NCBI RefSeq assembly: GCF_900232105.1
Contig: NZ_LT934425.1
Coordinates: 2,940,001-2,972,000 of the forward strand
DNA length: 32,000 nt
Direction: 5' to 3'
From: Candidatus Kuenenia stuttgartensis
GTDB taxonomy: Bacteria > Planctomycetota > Brocadiia > Brocadiales > Brocadiaceae
In this document: in pieces, positions 1-8,999 of the stretch
How positions within the stretch are numbered: position 1 is the stretch's first letter
Layout of the letters: the number at the start of each line of letters is the position of its first letter
Notes under the pieces: model-generated
Seen by the model: only the letters and a program-made list of their open reading frames with translations
Databases searched by the model: none
What the model was told of the DNA's origin: nothing
Position numbers and translations under genes: made by a program

Positions 1-206
1 TCCACTCCAACAAGAAGGCACCCTCCCCATGTGTTTGCAAACTGAGCTATATCTCTGGCAGTTTCTTTTGCACTATTCGGGTTTTTCAAGGGAATCTCTT
101 TTTTAAAATCCAATATGATAGATTCATGAGTTTTACCGAGTATGATGTATTTCTGAATATCATCCCACGAACGGATAGATAATGGCTTCTGATATTTAAG
201 TTGCAT
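1..206 (-). CDS. 5' part of a CDS running off the left edge. The N-terminus resembles AlbA_2 (Schlafen-type, divergent AAA) putative DNA-binding domain proteins.
   Basis: Own translation of the minus strand from ATG 206-204, with GGAG about 10 nt upstream: MQLKYQKPLSIRSWDDIQKYIILGKTHESIILDFKKEIPLKNPNSAKETARDIAQFANTWGGCLLVGV... The E..LDFK ... IAQFANT.GG.LLVGV pattern matches my recall of Pfam AlbA_2 N-termini. It is absent from the ORF track because it is edge-truncated. Confidence 0.45.
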   Translation of the reverse strand, partial: MQLKYQKPLSIRSWDDIQKYIILGKTHESIILDFKKEIPLKNPNSAKETARDIAQFANTWGGCLLVGV

Positions 207-666
207 GGATCGGTGGCTCCATTTCAAGGTTCCTCTGCATTAATACGAAACTTAAGGGACGTAAGAGACCATTCACCGAAAATCTGTATATATCAATATC
301 TTCATATTTACTAACTATTCCTAAAATATTTTGCAGATATTATAACAAATTTTTAGATAAGTTGAAATCATCGTATGATAAATACGATTACCTAATTTTG
401 ATATTTGAAATCATTTTCTTTCAATCTTTATCTCTGATTATCTGCTTTATATACTTTTATATATCGATCTTCCATACATGATAGCTTCTTATGTACTCTT
501 TCTAAAAGCTGCACGTCTTTTTGTTGTGTAACGAAATATATTCCAGTGCCTTTGGATTTACCACACTCACCTTTTCCCATAATTCTGGTGACAGGGTAGT
601 TTTTTGACTCCTCGTATACCCATAACCTCCGCCATCACGTCTAAACGGTTTCTCTGTAGTTTTAGG

Positions 667-1149
667 TTATTGTTTGTTTTTATGCATTGTACTTAGAATA
701 TTATCTATAAATTTCTTGTCATTACTCGTGTTTACTTTTAACTCTATAAAATGATCAAATTCTACTTTTAAATGCTTTGATAATCCATTTTTGAAAAAAC
801 CGCCTCCAACTATTTGTCCATAGCGCTTAACATCTTTAACCAGTACAACATAATCTTCATCGCTTGTAATAAGAAAGCCAATATCAAAATTCTGGTTAAA
901 TGCATTAATTAACATTTCTCGGGTTAGAGCTATATCAACTCCTTTTTCTCGATCTCCGCGTTTCTTAAAAAGAACAGGTTCAAATCCTAAGCATCTCAAT
1001 TCTGTTTTTAGATTATTACCAATGTCTTCACTTCCTTTATAAGAGGAGAACCAGTAACGTCTAATTGTTATAGTATTAACATAGGGAGTAAACTCATCAC
1101 GTTGAAAAAAATTTGTTACAAATGCTTTTGTATATTTATCAATAATCAC
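667..1149 (-). CDS. NYN (LabA/DUF88-like, PIN-related) domain protein, predicted RNase fold. The N-terminus is uncertain.
   Basis: The 160-aa ORF contains KGVDIALTREMLINAFNQNFDIGFLITSDEDYVVLVKDVKRYGQIV. This fits the NYN pattern GVD.al..d.l......D..iL.SgDsDf.pl....r..G. The start in the track is GTG. The frame stays open without any start codon up to 1284, so the gene may have lost its true 5' end to the adjacent IS. Confidence 0.65.
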   Translation of the reverse strand: MIIDKYTKAFVTNFFQRDEFTPYVNTITIRRYWFSSYKGSEDIGNNLKTELRCLGFEPVLFKKRGDREKGVDIALTREMLINAFNQNFDIGFLITSDEDYVVLVKDVKRYGQIVGGGFFKNGLSKHLKVEFDHFIELKVNTSNDKKFIDNILSTMHKNKQ

Positions 1150-1399
1150 CTTGGAATATTCCAGAATTGCATTGGTAGGTTTCTCAACACAAGAAGGAAC
1201 CTTAATTTCTTTGCTTAGGGAGCGACCACAAATAACATGGTATTGTATAGTACCAATAGTATCGTTGCAGTGTCTTTGTGTATGTCACGGTAATAGCCGT
1301 TACAACTAGTAAATATAGGCATTGACACCCTCCAGCCATTATGATAACATTAGGATTAAGTGGTATTTTATCCGGCGTATTAATCCTAATGGTGTCATT

Positions 1400-2161
1400 A
1401 TGCGTTTAGCTAAGTATTCTCATCGCAAGCTCTTGGGACTATTCAGCAGGGATGTCGTTTTAACTCTGGACAGTATCAAAGAAGCTTTGGGAACGACTTC
1501 AAAAGCAACGGTTTTCAGGAAGCTAAAATCGCTCGGACATCGTGCGAGTTATTCCCATGCGGGCAAATACCATACACTGGATACACTTGCAAGCTATAAT
1601 AAATATGGCATTTGGAGTTTCAATCAAATATATTTTTCTCAACAAGGAAGTCTTGTAGATACTCTCGAGGCCATCATTAATAAATCCCAGGAAGGTTATT
1701 TTGCCTCGGAGCTTCAAACGCTGGTACATGTGCGAGTCTTTAATGCACTGACTCAATTAGTGGTATCTGGAAGGGTCTTGCGCGAGCAGATTGCCGGAGA
1801 ATATTTGTATATCTCCAAGGTGTTAGGTACGGATCAACTCGCCAGACGTAAACAGTCAATCATGTTGTGTGCTTGTAAGGAAGAAAAGGTATTAATTCCC
1901 GGCTTTGGGAGTGAAGTGGTTACGGATTGCCTGCAGACATTTCTTTCCATACTTGATGAAAGGCAGAAACGGCTTTATCTTGGTTTAGAATCAATGAAAC
2001 TGGGACATGGCGGCGATTTAAGACTTTCACAGCTAACCGGCATAAATGTAAAAACAATTGCCAAGGGGCGTCGGGAACTTTCGAGTAAGAACATTACACC
2101 GGGACGGATACGTAAGGTTGGTGCAGGTCGTTCTTCGATTAAAAAAAAACTGATGTGGTAA
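1400..2161 (+). pseudogene. ISAzo13-family (Rhodopirellula-type DDE) transposase, N-terminal segment.
   Basis: The likely start is ATG 1400 (MRLAKYSHRKLL...). The segment ends ...ITPGRIRKVGAGRSSIKKKLMW*. Family members continue GAGRKK...D..L...L..L.....GDP in one frame; here that continuation is in the -1 frame after the A9 run at 2141-2149. Confidence 0.7.
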
Positions 2162-2823
2162 AACTTCTTGAAGAATTGATGGAGGGCGATACTGCAGGAG
2201 ACCCAATGGGTAAAGGAAAAATATGGACGAGAAGAAGCACACGTACTCTAAAAAAAGAATGCGGTGATAGAGGTGTAAGCGTATGTGCAACAACAGTTAG
2301 CAGGCTTCTTAAGGACATGGATTATTCTCTGAGAGTAAATCGCAAAACGATAGCAGAGACACGTCATCCGGACCGTAATAGACAGTTTGAAATTATTAAT
2401 GAGACAAAAAAGTATTTTGAAGATTCTGGTCAGCCAATAATCAGTGTTGACAGTAAGAAAAAGGAATTGATAGGTAATTTCAGAAATGAGGGCAAGGCGT
2501 GGACAAAAATAGTAAATGAAGTTTTGGCCCATGATTTTCGTTCTCAGGCAATTGGTGTTGGATGTCCGTTTGGTATCTATGAATTGCTGACTAATTTAGG
2601 GACAGTTATTGTTGGTACGTCCTATGACACACCGGAATTTGCAGTCGAGTCAATTAAGATTTGGCTGGATGAATTTGGTTGGAAGAGGTATCCATGCGCA
2701 AAAGAACTCCTTATTCTTTGTGACGCAGGAGGGAGCAACGGATTTCGTCCCCGGTTGTGGAAATATGCGCTTTATCAAAATATTTGTAAAGTTTACGGAC
2801 TCTCCATCAGGATTTGCCACTAG
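2155..2823 (+). pseudogene. ISAzo13-family transposase, central DDE segment, 3'-truncated.
   Basis: ...DTAGDPMGKGKIWTRRSTRTLKKECGDRGVSVCATTVSRLLKDMDYSLRVNRKTIAETRHPDRNRQFEIINETKKYFEDSGQPIISVDSKKKELIGNF...LILCDAGGSNGFRPRLWKYAL...SIRICH. This matches recalled ISAzo13 motifs (HPDRD.QF, PVISVDTKKKE, ADGGGSNG.R.RLWK). The frame is open from 2143. Confidence 0.7.
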
Positions 2824-4775
2824 CTGGTAGGTTGGAGGCCATTAGCCTCCAACCCCCACTCGTCGCCAGATACTTTGGACAACGTGACAAAGCATCCTTT
2901 TTAAACCATACGTCTTTCTCGTAGTTAGCGACCCCGACGTGTTGCTCTATAACAGAGAAAAGTCAAACATCATGCTTTAGCACACGCCTTAAGAAATTCT
3001 CTTTCGAATGAGAGTAACCCCATTTTAAAGAATCGGTGAACAGGGAAACGCTTGTTGTCTGTTCTCCATTTTCTTGAGAACTTGAAACATCTCAGTCTCA
3101 TGCGTACCCAACAGTCTAATGAGCGATATACCTTTTGTACATTGCCCAGCCGAAAATAGTTGACATGCCCACGAATTACGGGGTTTAATGTATCAACGAT
3201 GGCTTGCAGATTGACGCCCTGTGTACGTCTGGTGATGTCTCTGATGTTGTTCCTTCGGCAGGCTCAGGACAGGCTCTTGAGTTTGTTCAGTGATTTCGTG
3301 CTTATACCCTTATACTTGCCCTTGGAATCGTATCCGAGAAACCTGAAACCTCTTTCGAAGTTGGTGAGCTTGGTTTTATCCTCGCTCAGCTTCATTCCAA
3401 GTTTCCCTGCAATGATTTCTTTGACATAGCTGAGGGCGGCTGGGAGTTCATCTTTTGTTTTAGTCATGACAACGAAATCATCGGCGTATCGGACAAACTT
3501 ATATCCAGCCTTTTCAAGTTCCTTGTCGATGATGTCACCGATAAGGTTTGCAAGCAAAGGGGAAATGACGCCTCCTTGCGGAGTGCCTTTGTTTGTCTCG
3601 TGCACGATGCCGTCCTCCATGACCCCTGCCTTGAGCATGTTCTCAATACTGTTCAAAACCCATCCATCAGCAATTTTCTCACGTAAGGAGTCCATAATAA
3701 GCTTATGGGGTATGGTGTCATAGAATGCCATTATATCGGCATCAAGGACGCTGGTATACCCTTCCTGCTTATACTGTTCAAGCCGTTTGATAGCATCGTG
3801 ACAGCATCTGTCAGGGCGAAATCCAAAGCTGTTATCTGAGAATCCTTTCTCAAATATTGGCTCTATGATTTGCCTGAACGCCTGCTGTACAATCCTGTCC
3901 TTAACAATGGGAATGCCAAGAGGTCTCTTGTCATGCCTGCCTTTGGGGATGTATACCCGCAGGACAGGCGCAGGGTTGTATATGGCAGTCTTGAGTTCCT
4001 GATGGATACTCATGATATTCACATCAAGATTGGACTCAAATTGCTTAATACTTACCCTGTCAAGACCAGCTTTGCCTTTATTCTTCTTTACGTGTTTGAA
4101 AGCAGCATAAAGGTTTTTCAGACTAAACACCTTGTCTCTTAATGAATGATACTTAAGCATCTCTCGATATATTCCTTTCGATTGATTACGGATAATAGAC
4201 TTGTCAATCGTGTTTCCTGGGTACGGATTCTCCCAAACATAGGCAAAAACAAGAGAGGCTCTTGTTACTGCTTACCTACGCAAAAGAGTTTCTTTTCTCA
4301 TTGAACGTATTCAATCTGCCACTTTCATCAATTCCACTACGGTTATGCCCCTTTCATTTCCGATTCACACCGGAAACTATTATGAGCAATGCTGACGACT
4401 TCAAAGATAGACTTGTGAGAGAAGCTTGTCTATCACCATCTCATACAGCTCGGACTTCGGAATTTCCTTATACCTTGCTGTTAGGGAATTTTGCCCAAGA
4501 CGTAAGTCCTCCCCCGGTCATATGGATTACCCCTTTTCCCTTCGTGATGTATGTTCAAACGCATTAACCAGAGATGGTTTTACTTAATCTGTTTATCCAT
4601 CTCCAACAAAGGACATTGTCAGTGCTTCGCTGAGAAATGGCAGTTGGCACGGAATAACACGCCACACTCATACACCCCAAAAGGTCGTCTGTACCTCGTA
4701 ACTCCGTCATACCCCTCACGGGTATATGCTATCTTTCTACGCATACGGATTGCTCCATTGTGTGCGCATAGGCAC
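2821..4775 (-). mobile_element. Bacterial group II intron (En-minus IEP type). Boundaries are approximate.
   Basis: An RT/maturase ORF sits in the middle. About 615 nt of non-coding, visibly structured sequence lies 5' of it (4161-4775) and about 150 nt lies 3' (2821-2969).

A candidate 5' end is GTGCC at 4775-4771 on the minus strand; the consensus is GUGYG.

A candidate domain VI is the hairpin GGTTGGAGGC-TAATG-GCCTCCAACC (2832-2856). Its stem can be extended and leaves a bulged A 7 nt from the point where transposase homology breaks (2820/2821). I could not fold domain V convincingly by eye. Confidence 0.7.
2970..4160 (-). pseudogene. Group II intron reverse transcriptase/maturase (RT domains plus X/thumb, no HNH), interrupted by an in-frame TGA.
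   Basis: The track ORF 3264-4160 carries RT motifs (RPLGIPIVKDRIVQQA, TPQGGVISPLLANL, YADDFVV).

Reading straight through TGA 3266-3264 in the same frame gives ...KLKSLS*ACRRNNIRDITRRTQGVNLQAIVDTLNPVIRGHVNYFRLGNV...LKACAKA*. This is the canonical X-domain pattern (LNP.irGW.nYf). The stop is therefore a single nonsense codon at codon 299 of about 396. Confidence 0.8.
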
Positions 4776-4792
4776 AAACTTCTCTACGAGGA

Positions 4793-6523
4793 TTAGGCTC
4801 GCAGAGGTGGTATTTTCAACCACTCAGGTATTCCATACTTCAAGGCACTCATTAACTCAACGGTGAGTTCCGAAGGGAATGCTAGTTCGCGGTACTCAGC
4901 ATAAATTTTTTCCGTTTGGCAGCGATCAGGTATTTCTAAAATTGGAGTAGCTAATTTATTTGCATCGGCATTGTTCTGTGATGCTGCAGCGTGGATATCC
5001 ATATTATCAAAGAAGTAGTATTCTCCCGGATTTATTACTTCAAATTCACAATTACTTGTTTCTTTAGGATTGGTTTCAAGTTTTAAGCCATATACATAAA
5101 GATCTCCATCCATGTGAAGATAATGATTTTTCAGGTACTCCCGGACGTGTTTAGGCAAATTGTTTTGCCGTGCATCGTATATCATAAAACGAGCGCCGGA
5201 ATTGCGATAATCTGAAATAATCTGTTCGGAGAAATATTTTTTATAGATTTCCATTTGTGCCAGGCCATTTTGGAAAAAATAGGTTGCCGGTTCTAAAAAC
5301 ATAGCGCCACCTGCATTATCAATAAAACGGTCATTGTCTGATGATATTTTTTCGAGTTTATCGAGTAATTTCAACTGATGCGTATTATTGGATTTTCCAG
5401 TAGTAAAAATTACCTGGTTATATATTACAAACAACATGCCCAGGCAAAAGATACTGCTTACGGCTATGTTTTTATACAAAGACAATTTTTGAGACAGACA
5501 ATACATTCCCCGCAAGCTGCAAATGCCTAAAATAAAACAGGGGAAAACAAAGTTATAGGGATATTGGGCTTTTATCAGAAAAACAGAAATAATAGTGGAG
5601 AAACAAACAACAGACCAGAGCAGGTCTCGCTGATCTATCAAAAAATATACCGCTAAAAAGATAAGCACAAGCGTGGAAATCTTTGTCTGGTCTAAATAAT
5701 TGTGAAGATAGGCTGAGAAATGTATTGCAGGGTATACTTGTTCGTGTTTTATGGCGTCAAAGAAGGTTAATTGAATCATTTTTGGCAACAGTCCAAAACA
5801 CGCGCATAGAATGAGCATAATTCCAACAACTGAAACAAACCCGATAATAAGTGTTTTTGGATACGGCAAATGACAAGGCGAGTGTTCCTTCCGGAGATAT
5901 CTTACATTCAGGTTGTTGATAAAAAGGATTATTAACGCAATGCCTCCATAGTAAACAAATTTCTGAGACATAAAGATCGCTATTCCAAACAAAATACCCG
6001 ATAAGGCGGCGAGTGATCTTCGTTTCAATTGCCTGTTTGCGTCAATACAAAGTATTGAGATGGTTAAAAAAACTGCGCCGAAACAGTCTGTCCTATAATC
6101 TATGGATGAAAGAAGTCCAAATCCAACACTAAGCGGCACAATAGTGCCCAGCGAAGCATAAGAATATCTTTTAGTTACATGGTAAAAATAGAAAAACAGT
6201 GAAACAGAAAGCAACACCAAATAAGAAAATGATATTTTTCGTAAAAGAAGCGCCTTTTCCTGAAAATTGCCGTTATTAAGCTTTAGTATAAGGGAGTGTA
6301 AAAAATGACTAAATGGGGGATGATGTTCATAAAAATCGACATATGGTAATTTTCCCTGTGAAACAAGATGAGTCATGCAGCCATATTGATATTCATCAAT
6401 GGTAAAATAACGTGTTTGGCCAAACCAATAAACATAGCAGATAAACAGGAAAGAGCTTATTGATAACAGGATGATTAATATCAATTGAAACTGCTTTTCA
6501 CTTCGACCACTTAATTTATTCAT
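4793..6523 (-). CDS. Polytopic membrane protein, probable GT-C fold glycosyltransferase (GT39/83, ArnT/PMT_2-like).
   Basis: 576 aa with at least 10 hydrophobic segments in the first 370 aa and a soluble C-terminal domain. The first loop reads TIDEYQYGCMTHLVSQGKLPYVDFYEHHPPF, which resembles the DE..Y ... G..PY ... .KPPL signature of ArnT/PMT-type transferases (recall). Confidence 0.55.
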   Translation of the reverse strand: MNKLSGRSEKQFQLILIILLSISSFLFICYVYWFGQTRYFTIDEYQYGCMTHLVSQGKLPYVDFYEHHPPFSHFLHSLILKLNNGNFQEKALLLRKISFSYLVLLSVSLFFYFYHVTKRYSYASLGTIVPLSVGFGLLSSIDYRTDCFGAVFLTISILCIDANRQLKRRSLAALSGILFGIAIFMSQKFVYYGGIALIILFINNLNVRYLRKEHSPCHLPYPKTLIIGFVSVVGIMLILCACFGLLPKMIQLTFFDAIKHEQVYPAIHFSAYLHNYLDQTKISTLVLIFLAVYFLIDQRDLLWSVVCFSTIISVFLIKAQYPYNFVFPCFILGICSLRGMYCLSQKLSLYKNIAVSSIFCLGMLFVIYNQVIFTTGKSNNTHQLKLLDKLEKISSDNDRFIDNAGGAMFLEPATYFFQNGLAQMEIYKKYFSEQIISDYRNSGARFMIYDARQNNLPKHVREYLKNHYLHMDGDLYVYGLKLETNPKETSNCEFEVINPGEYYFFDNMDIHAAASQNNADANKLATPILEIPDRCQTEKIYAEYRELAFPSELTVELMSALKYGIPEWLKIPPLRA

Positions 6524-6539
6524 TTAACCTTCCCATTTT

Positions 6540-6617
6540 AGCCGCCGTTACATCTTGAATAGTGAATTAGCTTTTCTAAATATTTTTTTTGTTTATGGTT
6601 CTTTGCTTAACTTCAAC
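6540..6617. repeat. Copy 1 of a ~78-bp direct repeat. Its partner is at 11208-11285.
   Basis: agccgccgttacatcttgaatagtgaattagcttttctaaatattttttttgtttatggttctttgcttaacttcaac compared with agccgatgtcacattttgaatagtgaattaattttggttaatattttttttatttgcggttcttttgctcaactaaac. Hand alignment gives roughly 80% identity, including the exact 15-mer ttgaatagtgaatta. Confidence 0.7.
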
Positions 6618-6618
6618 T

Positions 6619-6958
6619 TCAGGAGTTCTGAAGGTATTTCTCGTTTTCAACGAGAAATGATTTGAACCAACCATGAAACAAATGCTCGCTACGTATATGC
6701 CTAATGTTAAACCATCGTGTCTAGGTAACTCCCAGCTACTGTATGGATTTTAAAATATTCATGGACAATAAATGGTAGTGATTGCCCATGTGTAAATAAG
6801 TAAAGATGTCAACTGAAAATCTTGAAGACATTTCTCCATGTATTTCCCTAAACGCACTTATTAGCTTTATCCTCCCGGAAGATCACTTTTCGCTCATTTC
6901 TTGGCGATAGGACAGGATAAAAAGCACCTAAATATTCAATGCACAATGGCCTTGTCAT
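6619..6958 (-). pseudogene. Decayed N-terminal half of an IS200/RAYT-like Y1 transposase.
   Basis: My minus-strand translation is spread over three frames:
- MTRPLCIEYLGAFYPVLSPRNERKVIFREDKANKCV*
- ...YTHGNHYHLL...
- ...HIRSEHLFHGWFKSFLVENEKYLQNS*

These correspond to the family motifs RIEYPGA.YHV..RGN.R..IF, M.NHYHLL and GHLFQGRFKS.LVE.D.YL (recall). Confidence 0.6.
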
Positions 6959-7013
6959 GGCAGGGCATTATAATATGCCTCAAGATGTGACACCATTTTC
7001 CTCTTTTTCTTGT

Positions 7014-8999
7014 TCATTCAATCCATTCTGCTGGAATCAACTTTTTCCCATTTCGCCATTCCTCGACTTCATGGACACCTTCAATCCCACCATATATACT
7101 ATTGTCTGCATGATCAAGAATGATGCTTTGCCATGCGCCTTCTTTATCTAAAACCGATTTGGCGAGAGTTTTGAACATGCTCTTTACTGCGGCAACATCT
7201 TCATCACCCTCATATTTAGGATCATTTTCCACATTCTCAACACCTCTCTTTACTTTGGGGAAATATACCTGGCTGGGTTGATCAAAAATTACGAAACTAG
7301 GAACACACGATGTCGCTTGCTCCAAAAAATATTCTTGCAAAGAACACATTAAAGCAATATGAAAAGACACCCAGTTTGAAGCACTACCAACTTCAGCAAG
7401 AAAATGCCAATGACCATCATCACTCAGTACTGAAATATTTAAATCTTTAACACTAAATTTAGGGGCAATCTTTCGATACTTATCCTCTACATCCAAAGAC
7501 TTTAAATGGTTAAGAATCCCCTGAGAGATGTGGGCCGTTGCGTTGTCAATACGTCGTTGTACACCTTTGGGGTCGACCAAATTTATCAGACCTTTATATT
7601 CCTCTTGCAAGATGGATATATCTTTTTGAAACTCACCACCATCTGCAAGACTTTCAAATGTTTCCATAGATGCTTTTAAATGTCCAAGAAATAGAAACAT
7701 ATTTTTCCTGCGCTGAAATTCTTCCTGCGCTTTTTTATCCCGTGCCATCAACAAATCAAATCGTTTCTGATGCTTTTTCATTTGATCTAAAAGGTTCTTC
7801 AATTCAAATTCGATTCGCACTTCTTCTCTTGCAAATGAAGTAGGCACTGCCGCTACGCTTTTTGCTTCATCTTCATACTTCTTGAATGCAGAGGAAATCC
7901 TAAAAAATTCAGAGGTGCTATTGGGGTGTTCAGAACTCCCGCAGGCGAGACATCCCTGCGATTCTGATACTATATTTTCCAACCATTGTGAAATATGTAA
8001 TCTATCGACCCTCTTTCGCACAGAATTCCCATAATCGAGCAAGCTAGATTTTAAGCGTTGAACATCATTAAGTCTTTTTTTGGAAACACCAATCTCTGCA
8101 CTTATCCGTTCCTCTTCAAGTTCCAATTCTAAGACTTCTTTATTCGCCTTTTCGATATTTTCAAATTTTGTCTGCGAATGTTCAGGAATATGCTCAAAGA
8201 TACGTTTTGCCGCCGCTAACAAGTCTTCTGGGCTAGTCGCATCTGAAACATCTTCTTCCAGTATTCCATATTCCTTTGCTACTTTTATATGACCAAGCAT
8301 ATTAGCCATCCAGGAAGCAGATATTGCCTTAGATTTTTCAAACTCTCTCCTCAATTGGTTGAGCCGCTTTTCGACAATCTGAAGACGTTGTCTTGCCGTT
8401 AAAATTTCAATATTCTCTGCACCCAAGATGAAAGGAAACCAATTCCGCAACCGTTCCCGATGTTCATGTGCATGAGTTTTATAAAACAGTATGTTTTGAT
8501 TGGCCACAATGTCCTGGTTTTGAAAAACCAATGCCATCAGATCTCGAAACCCTAATCGAGCTTGATAAGCTCTTTCCCCATCCCCACCATCCAAGGGAAG
8601 ATAGGGCACAGATGAAATGGTGTTCAAAATATGCTTTACTCCGTCAGTGTTTTCGTTTGCCTTTTTGATTGCAGGAGGAATGCTTACTATGGATCCACGC
8701 AAAAGATAAAAATCATTTGAAACTTTATTGCCAAGAGGGATTTTTCGGGAAATCAGAATTTGTTCTGTTTCTGTTTGGAAAACAACCCCATACCAAGATG
8801 CATAATTACGAATAGTATCTATAGGTATAAAACAATCACTTGAAGCTAAACAATAATCAATAATTGGAATAATCGCAGATTTCCCTGTACGTGACGCCCC
8901 TGTTATGACGTTCACTTTTCCCGGTTTAAAGTCTACAATTCTTGGCGGAAATTCATCAGACCTTGGCCAAACGATTAATTTTAATAGTTGAAATTTCAT
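7014..8999 (-). CDS. lmuB: SMC/Rad50-like ABC ATPase (DUF3732-type): LmuB / ABC-3C ATPase / DdmC-like.
   Basis: 661 aa with these elements:
- Walker A GASRTGKS (8877-8900).
- About 350 aa of heptad-rich, charged sequence.
- A central CLAC at 7941-7952, which looks like a zinc hook.
- A C-terminal FVIFDQPSQVYFP Walker B (7272-7295) and ILDHAD.

The start ATG shares its A with the upstream stop (TGATG at 8997-9001). Confidence 0.85.
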   Translation of the reverse strand: MKFQLLKLIVWPRSDEFPPRIVDFKPGKVNVITGASRTGKSAIIPIIDYCLASSDCFIPIDTIRNYASWYGVVFQTETEQILISRKIPLGNKVSNDFYLLRGSIVSIPPAIKKANENTDGVKHILNTISSVPYLPLDGGDGERAYQARLGFRDLMALVFQNQDIVANQNILFYKTHAHEHRERLRNWFPFILGAENIEILTARQRLQIVEKRLNQLRREFEKSKAISASWMANMLGHIKVAKEYGILEEDVSDATSPEDLLAAAKRIFEHIPEHSQTKFENIEKANKEVLELELEEERISAEIGVSKKRLNDVQRLKSSLLDYGNSVRKRVDRLHISQWLENIVSESQGCLACGSSEHPNSTSEFFRISSAFKKYEDEAKSVAAVPTSFAREEVRIEFELKNLLDQMKKHQKRFDLLMARDKKAQEEFQRRKNMFLFLGHLKASMETFESLADGGEFQKDISILQEEYKGLINLVDPKGVQRRIDNATAHISQGILNHLKSLDVEDKYRKIAPKFSVKDLNISVLSDDGHWHFLAEVGSASNWVSFHIALMCSLQEYFLEQATSCVPSFVIFDQPSQVYFPKVKRGVENVENDPKYEGDEDVAAVKSMFKTLAKSVLDKEGAWQSIILDHADNSIYGGIEGVHEVEEWRNGKKLIPAEWIE

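Larger units (their letters stand above)
1322..2823 (+). mobile_element. Truncated copy of an ISAzo13-family insertion sequence. The left end is not delimited and the right part is missing.
   Basis: It contains the two consecutive transposase ORFs listed below. Homology stops abruptly after ...SIRICH (2820), where the family normally continues FPPGTSKWN.IEHRLF. No matching right end or terminal inverted repeat is present in the window. Confidence 0.6.

Noticed and set aside
428-640. Small minus-strand ORFs between the NYN and AlbA_2 genes, for example the 50-aa MGKGECGKSKGTGIYFVTQQKDVQLLERVHKKL... (580-428). It has a faint LAGLIDADG-like look (GEG, F.VTQ..D..LL).
   Set aside because: It is too short and would need a frameshift to extend. 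The resemblance rests on a few residues only, so there is no support for a call.
2821-2969. An attempt to pinpoint intron domain V. The candidates were AACUACG-AGAAAGA-CGUAUGGUU and GGAUGCUUUG...CAAAGUAUC.
   Set aside because: Neither candidate gives the canonical 34-nt two-helix hairpin with an AGC triad, a 2-nt bulge and a GNRA loop. I therefore report the intron from its IEP and overall layout only, and mark the boundaries as approximate.
3264-3266. The in-frame TGA of the intron maturase as a recoded codon (Sec, Trp or Gly).
   Set aside because: TGA ends other confidently called genes in this window, for example the nuclease ORF at 9505-9507 and the adaptor at 8999-9001. No SECIS-like context was evident. 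A nonsense mutation or sequencing error is the simpler reading.
4262-4796. Plus-strand ORFs 4262-4567 and 4551-4796.
   Set aside because: They lie antisense to the structured 5' ribozyme part (domains I-III) of the group II intron, and they have no motifs.
6961-6985. The hairpin GGGCAT-tataat-ATGCCT just downstream of the ATPase gene, considered as a Rho-independent terminator.
   Set aside because: The stem is only 5-6 bp and there is no T-run on the minus strand. This is not enough for a terminator call.
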